This document shows positions 54,283-64,000 of a stretch of DNA of 64,000 nucleotides, in pieces (position 1 is the stretch's first letter; each line of letters opens with the position of its first letter). The DNA is from Eledone cirrhosa (taxonomy: Eukaryota). A program made the position numbers and the translations under genes. The DNA lies in the NCBI GenBank assembly GCA_964016885.1, contig OZ024743.1, positions 46,686,001 through 46,750,000 of the forward strand, in the 5' to 3' direction. The notes beneath the pieces were generated by a model. The model was given only the letters and a program-made list of their open reading frames with translations. It made no database searches and was not told the DNA's origin.

Positions 54283-54360
54283 GTATATACATATATATAT
54301 ATACATACATATATATATATATATGTACATACATATATATATATACATATATATATATAC

Positions 54361-54405
<45 letters not shown>

Positions 54406-54452
54406 CATAGATATATATATATACATATATATATATACATATATATATATAC

Positions 54453-54483
<31 letters not shown>

Positions 54484-54492
54484 CATATATAC

Positions 54493-54607
<115 letters not shown>

Positions 54608-54800
54608 CATACATATATATATATACATATATATATATACATATATATATATACATATATATATATACATATATATATATACATATATATATATACATAT
54701 ATATATATACATATATATATATACATATATATATATACATATATATATATACATATATATATATACATATATATATATACATATACATATATATATATAC

Positions 54801-54879
<79 letters not shown>

Positions 54880-54930
54880 TATATACATACATATATATAT
54901 ACATATATATATATATACATATATATATAC

Positions 54931-55001
<71 letters not shown>

Positions 55002-55176
55002 CATATATATATACATATATATATACATATATATATACATATATATATACATATATATATACATATATATACATATATATATACATATATATATACATAT
55101 ATATATACATATATATATACATATATATATACATATATATATATACATATACATATATATATACATATATATATAC

Positions 55177-55277
<101 letters not shown>

Positions 55278-55650
55278 CATATATATATACATATATATAT
55301 ATATACATATACATATATATATATATACATACATATATATATATATATATATACATACATATATATATACATATATATATATATATACATATGTATATAC
55401 ATATATATATACATATATATATACATATATATATATATATACATATATACATACATATATATATACATATATATATATATACATATATACATACATATAT
55501 ATATACATACATATATATATACATACATATATATATATATATACATATGTATATACATATATATATACATATACATATATATATACACATATATATATAC
55601 ATATATATATACACATATATATATACATATATGTACACATATATATATAC

Positions 55651-55681
<31 letters not shown>

Positions 55682-55731
55682 CAATATATATATATATACA
55701 TATACATATATATATACATATATATATATAC

Positions 55732-55778
<47 letters not shown>

Positions 55779-55819
55779 CATATATATATATACATATATA
55801 TATATACATATATATATAC

Positions 55820-55850
<31 letters not shown>

Positions 55851-56039
55851 CATATATATATATACATATATATATACATATATATATATATACATATACA
55901 TATATATATATATACATATATATATATACATATATATATATACATATATATATATACATATATATATACATACATATATATATATATACATATATATACA
56001 TATATATATATATATACATACATATATATATATACATAC

Positions 56040-56072
<33 letters not shown>

Positions 56073-56095
56073 CATACATATATATATATACATAC

Positions 56096-56126
<31 letters not shown>

Positions 56127-56156
56127 CATACATATATATACATATATATTATATAC

Positions 56157-56208
<52 letters not shown>

Positions 56209-56249
56209 TATATATATACATACATATATATACATATATATATATATAC

Positions 56250-56340
<91 letters not shown>

Positions 56341-56368
56341 CATATATATATATATTATATATATATAA

Positions 56369-56433
<65 letters not shown>

Positions 56434-56460
56434 CATATATATATATATATATATATATAA

Positions 56461-56541
<81 letters not shown>

Positions 56542-56594
56542 TATACATACACATACATATATATACATACACATACATATATATACATACACAC

Positions 56595-56625
<31 letters not shown>

Positions 56626-56643
56626 AGCATAGATATATATATA

Positions 56644-57780
56644 TCATCATCATCATCATCATCAACGTTTAACGTCCGTGTTCCACGCTTGCATGGGTTT
56701 GGACGGGGGTAGTCCCACTTGAGGCAAGAGTGATTGTCTTGCTCGCATAGGACTGTCTGGCAGGTTTTCTACAGTTGGATGCCCTTCCTAACACCAACCA
56801 CATTTACAGTGTGGGTCTGGGAGGTTTTTACCGTGTTGCCTACACGGCCACATTACAGCGTGGACTGTGTGTTTTTTTGTCGTGACACCTACACGATCTC
56901 ATTTGTTTCGGCCTCGATGGCGCGGCACCAACATAACTTTACATAGAACGGGGTGGTGTGGATCGGGTGGGGGTGGTGGGACGGGGTGTATTTTGTTAGA
57001 GATGCCTACTGGCTGGAGTAGGTTTTACTATATATTTAGGTAAGGCGGGTCTTCTCTGTTACTGAGTACCGCCAAAGGTCTCGGTCCAGTGACATTGTCT
57101 TGGAGAGGTGTAAGTGTGTGATGTTGGAGTTTATCAGCTCGTCCCAGGTTTTTCTAGGTCTGCCTATTCCGTGACTACCGTCTATCTTTATTGCCCTGCA
57201 CTTTGTTATACAGCTATCGACTTTCATGCGCATCACGTGTCCATACCAACGTAGCCTTCTCTCGAGTAAACAACATCTGATCCCTCTTATCTCTAATTTA
57301 TTCCTTAGTTCGTTTATGCTTTGCCGTTCACGTATATTACTGTTACACATCCAGCGGAGCATGCAAGCTTCGTTCCTCTCTAGTCTGCGTATATCCTCTG
57401 CACACAATGCCCAGGTCTCACTGCCATGCAGCATTGCTGTTCGTATGCAGGCATCGTACAACCTGCCTTTCATTTTTAGTGAGAACCCTTTAGCAGCTAA
57501 TAGTGGTATAAGCTCTCTGAACTTTTTCCAACCAGTTCTGACTCTAGCTACAGTACTTTCAGAGCACCCTCCCCCACTGCTGATTTTATCGCCCAGGTAA
57601 CGGAAGCTGTCCACTATTTCTATAGAACCCTCTGCGCAATTGAAAGAGCTAGTAGTTTGTGGGCACTTGCTGCTACTTATTGCACCAGAGCACCGGCCAC
57701 ATGTAAAATCTATGTTCTTAGTTAGCCTACCTGTGATCCCACTACATCTTTTATGCACCCATACTTTGCATTTAGGACAT

Positions 57781-57785
<5 letters not shown>
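56644..57785 (-). mobile_element. RTE subfamily B 3' portion (longest B copy), open frame
   Basis: [16 protein letters not shown]...FRYLGDKISSGGG...EKTRLT* (ORF 57036..57914 minus its microsatellite part). Confidence 0.95.
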
Positions 57786-57818
<33 letters not shown>

Positions 57819-57877
57819 TATACATACACATACATATATATACATACACATATATATATATACATATATATATATAC

Positions 57878-58850
57878 ATTTCGCTGATGATTCCAAGCTC
57901 CAAAAGGTCATCAATGGCGTGGATGACCGGATAAGCCTTCAGTCAGACCTACTGGCTGTTACCCAATGGGCAGAAAAGAACAACATGTTACTGAACGAAG
58001 ACAAATTCGAACTGATCCACTTTGGAAAAGAGGATGCTCTGAAACTCCCGTACTCCCTTCCCTCCGGGGAAACTCTTGTGGCATCTAACAACATCAGAGA
58101 CTTGGGAGTAACCGTGGACAGCAACATAAGCTGGACCACGCATATAAGCAACAAAGTTGACATGGCCCGCAGAATGTGTTCCTGGATCCTCAGAACCTTC
58201 CAGTCGAGAGATTCCCGCACCATTATCCTTCTCTTCTCTACTTTCGCCCGACCACACCTTGAATACTGTTGTCCACTGTGGTCTCCCCACACGAAACAAA
58301 GTATCATGAAACTTGAACCTCCTCAAAGGGCAATCACGAAAAAGATAGATGGCATGTCAGACCTTGACTACTGGGGTCGATTAAAAAACCTGAAACTTTA
58401 CTCACTCCAACGTCGCCGTGAGCGTTATATTATCTGCATGATGTGGAAAATGTTCCATCATCACTGCCCAAATGATGTTGGCATCGCCTTCAAGATACAC
58501 CCAAGGCTTGGGCCCCGTGCTATCCGTCCCATTCAAAATCTAAATCGCACTCATAACAACAATACGGCACAATTATTTCACCTCAATCGGCCCTGCTCTC
58601 TTCAACATCACACCAGGACACGTCAAAACAGAAACTGACCACACAAAATTCAAGAAGTCTTTGGACAAATTCCTCCAAGTAATCCCGGACAAACCACCCA
58701 CACCCGGATATGTCTCCGCAAACAGTAATTCTCTTCTCGAATGGGCCATGGTGCCCAAATCCTGAATTGAAAGACTTCGCCAGGTGGTGCTATTAAGTTA
58801 GACATGGCCTGGGCAATACTGGCCAAAACATTTCAAAGTTATTCAAAGTT
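57878..58850 (+). mobile_element. CR1-clade LINE 3' portion
   Basis: FADDSKL...LQSDL...RDLGVTVD...RPHLEYCCPLWSPH...LYSLQRRRER; 5'-truncated at FADD, frameshift near 58540. Confidence 0.9.
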
Positions 58851-58874
58851 ACATACACATATATATATATACAT

Positions 58875-58921
<47 letters not shown>

Positions 58922-59570
58922 CATACATATACATATACATACATATATGCATATATATATATACATACAAATACATACATATATATATGCATATATATAT
59001 ATATACATACATATACATACATATATACACATATACATATACATACATATATATATATAAATACATACATATATACATACATACATACATATATATATAT
59101 AAATACATACATATATACATACATACATACATATATATATATAAATACATACATATATACATACATACATACATATATACACACATATATATATATATAA
59201 GCATGGAGGCACATGGCTTAGTGGTTAGAGCATTGGCCTTGCAATCGAAAGGTTGTGAGTTCAATTCTCAGACAGGTCGATGTGTTGTTTCCTTGAGCAA
59301 GGCACTTTATTTCACATTGCTCCAGTTTACTCAGCTGTAGAAATGAGATGATAGGGACTGGTGTCCATATTATTCCACTGCAAAGTGGTCGTGGAGGTGC
59401 CACGGCAAAAAAGCACCCAGCACTCACTGTAAATGAGGTTGGTGTTAGGAAGGGCATCCAGCTGTAGAAATCTAGCCAGACTCAGTTCTCGTCCCACCCT
59501 TGCAAGCAGGGAAAAGTGGACGTAAAATGAAATGATGATGATGATGATATATACACATATATATATATAC

Positions 59571-59601
<31 letters not shown>

Positions 59602-59612
59602 CATATATATAC

Positions 59613-59643
<31 letters not shown>

Positions 59644-59692
59644 CACATATATATATATACACATATATATATATACACATATATATATATAC

Positions 59693-59739
<47 letters not shown>

Positions 59740-59752
59740 CATATACATATAC

Positions 59753-59815
<63 letters not shown>

Positions 59816-59822
59816 CATATAC

Positions 59823-59901
<79 letters not shown>

Positions 59902-59934
59902 CATATAAATATATATACATATACATATATATAC

Positions 59935-59997
<63 letters not shown>

Positions 59998-60218
59998 CAT
60001 ATAAATATATATACATATACATATATATACATATACATATATATACATATATATACATATACATATATATATATACATATATATACATATATATATATAT
60101 ACATATATATATATACACATATATATATATACATATATATACATATATATACATATACATATATATATATATACATATATATACATATATATATAGATAC
60201 ATATATACATATATATAC

Positions 60219-60265
<47 letters not shown>

Positions 60266-60284
60266 CATATATACATATATATAC

Positions 60285-60459
<175 letters not shown>

Positions 60460-60535
60460 CATATATATATACATATATATATATATACATATATATACAT
60501 ATACATATATATACATATATATATACATATACATA

Positions 60536-60591
<56 letters not shown>

Positions 60592-60634
60592 CATACATAT
60601 ATATATACATATATATATATATACATATATATAC

Positions 60635-60681
<47 letters not shown>

Positions 60682-60698
60682 CATACATATATATATAC

Positions 60699-60729
<31 letters not shown>

Positions 60730-60814
60730 CACATATATATATATATATACACATATATATATATATATATACATATATATACATATATATATATACACAT
60801 ATATATATATATAT

Positions 60815-61175
<361 letters not shown>

Positions 61176-61176
61176 C

Positions 61177-61231
<55 letters not shown>

Positions 61232-61286
61232 CATATATATACACATATACATATACACATATATATATATACACATATATATATAC

Positions 61287-61325
<39 letters not shown>

Positions 61326-61594
61326 GGCCGAAACAAATGAGATCGTGTAGGTGTCATGACAAAAAAAAACACACAGTCCACGCTGTAATGTGGCCGGGTA
61401 GGCAACACGGTAAAAACCTCCCAGTCCCACACTGTAAATGTGTTAAGGGCATCCAGCTGTAGAAAACCCGCCAGACAGTCCTATGCGAGCAAGACAACCA
61501 CTCTTGCCTCAAATGGGAAAACTCCCGTCCAAACCCATGCAAGCGTGGAACATGGACGTTAAACGATGATGATGATATATATACATATATATAC

Positions 61595-61625
<31 letters not shown>

Positions 61626-61769
61626 CATATAAATATATACATATATACATATTCACATATATATATATATATATATACATATTCACATATATATATATAT
61701 ACATATATACACATATATATATATACATACATATATATATATACATACATATATATATATATACATACA

Positions 61770-61810
<41 letters not shown>

Positions 61811-62045
61811 ATACATACATATATATATATACATACATATATATATATACATACATATATATATATACATACATATATATATATACATACATATATATAT
61901 ATACATACATATACATATATATACACATATACATATATATACAGATATACATATATATACAGATATATACAGATATACATATATACACATATTACATGTA
62001 TATACAGATATACATATATACACATATACATATATACACATATAC

Positions 62046-62092
<47 letters not shown>

Positions 62093-62597
62093 CATATATA
62101 TATACATACATATATATATACATACATATATATATACATATATATATACATATATATATATATACATATATATATACATACATATATATATACATATATA
62201 TATACATACATATATATATACATATATATATATATACATATATATATACATACATATATATATATATACATATATATATACATACATATATATATACATA
62301 CATATATATATACATACATATACATATATATATACATACATATATATATACATACATATATATATATATATACATACATATATATATATACATACATATA
62401 TATATATACATACATATATATATACATACATATATATATACATACATATATATATACATACATATATATATACATACATATATATATATACATACATACA
62501 TATATACATACATATATATATATACATATATATATATACATACATACATATATACATACATATATATATATACATACATACATATATACATATATAC

Positions 62598-63629
62598 ATG
62601 GTGGCTGCCAACTCGTTTTCGAGTACAGCCACTACTTTATATCCATGTAGAGGAACCCCTACCGATGCGCTGAACGAGTGTGACTTTTTAGTCCAGCCAT
62701 CGACTTGAAAAATCTGGTACAAACACTACACTTGTGACAATTATCGACACATAGTGCTTTGCCTTTGGTACCATGTGACGACAAGTGCAGAGAGATCTCC
62801 AGATATAAAGCAATGCCTGTGCCGTGAAGCTTTTATAGTGAGGACAGGCACTGCACAAAGCCAGTCCCACTCTCTTAACCAAGATGATATTTACCAAAAA
62901 GAAGAACAAGTCAACATCATTGGATACCATCAGGGTTGCAGGTGTTATATCAGAGTTTTCCTTCTCCTAGAATTCTGCCTTGACAAAGGCTAAGGGGTCA
63001 TCTCTCCCAGTGATTTTGGATGGCCATTGACTCTTAAGAGCTCCTTTGCCCTTTGACAGGTCACCAAGTGGTGACCTGACATATCCAAGTGGTGACCTGA
63101 CATATATATATACATACATATATATATACATGGTGGCTGCCAACTCGGTTTCGAGTACGGCCAATACTTTATATCCATCTAGGAGAACCCCTACCGATGC
63201 GCTGAACGAATATGACTTTTTAGTCCAGCCAGCGACTTGAAAACTCTGGTACAAACACTACACCTGTGACAATTATTGACACATAGTGCTGGGCCCATGG
63301 TACCATGTAACGACAAATGCAGAAAGATCTCCAGATATAAAGCAATGCCTGTGCCGTGAAGCTTTTATAGTGAACAAAGGCACTGCACAAAGCCAGTCCC
63401 ACTCCCTTAACCAAGATGATATTTACCAAAAAGAAGAACAAGTCAACATCATTGGATACCCTCAGGGTTGCAGGTGTTATACCAGAGTTTTCCTTCTCCT
63501 AGAATTCTGCCTTGACAAAGGCTAAGGGGTCATCTCTCCCGGTGATTTTGGATGGCCATTGACTCTTAAGAGCTCCTTTGCCCTTTGACAGGTTTTGTTT
63601 TTAGTCCTGCAGGATGTCCAAAGTCACCT
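62598..63629 (-). mobile_element. Tandem pair (about 530 bp period) of bipartite non-autonomous RTEs
   Basis: Units 62598-63101 and 63129-63629. Each has the RTE 5'-UTR-like ctaggagaaggaaaactctg motif (shared with 35415-35445) and a terminal C2H2 finger [23 protein letters not shown]. Confidence 0.75.
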
Positions 63630-64000
63630 ATATATATATATACATATATATATATACATATATATATATACATATATATATATACATATATATATATACA
63701 TATATATATATACATATATATATATACATATATATATATACATATATATATATACATATATATATATACATATATATATATACATATATATATATAACAT
63801 ATATATATATACATATATGTATATACATATATATATATACATATATATATATACACATATATATATACATATATATATACATATATATATACATATATAT
63901 ATATACATATATATATACATATATATATATACATATATATATACATATATATACATACATATATACATATATATATATACATATATATATACATATATAT

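Noticed and set aside
57640-58638. 332-aa ORF as a single protein
   Set aside because: Read-through of antisense RTE, TA array and a truncated CR1 fragment.

Overview
AT-rich eukaryotic genomic DNA. The repeat content (tRNA-derived CORE-type SINEs with RTE tails, (TA)n arrays, TTAA MITEs) suggests an octopod cephalopod, but this is inference. The only host gene I can support is on the minus strand: seven phase-compatible exons between 16873 and 34456 encoding the post-PHD, pre-HMG region of a KMT2C/KMT2D (MLL3/4, Trr/Lpt-type) histone methyltransferase. Diagnostic motifs are EGVTLSASG, GVGGFIVRQR and KRKSQLEDSFPSYLQ-EAFFGK. The rest is intronic and full of mobile DNA: at least two young RTE-clade LINE subfamilies and their partner SINE, internally deleted bipartite RTEs, a CR1-type fragment, a maT/Tc1-mariner transposase relic, TTAA- and TA-flanked MITEs and two non-autonomous Helitrons, one carrying an exon-like insert. 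From about 36 kb to the end, kilobase (TA)n/(TACA)n arrays alternate with retroelement ends. Two non-coding elements there each contain a complete type I hammerhead ribozyme fold (47313-47383, 54150-54200), resembling Penelope-like or retrozyme elements. The long IYIY-type ORFs are microsatellite artefacts.
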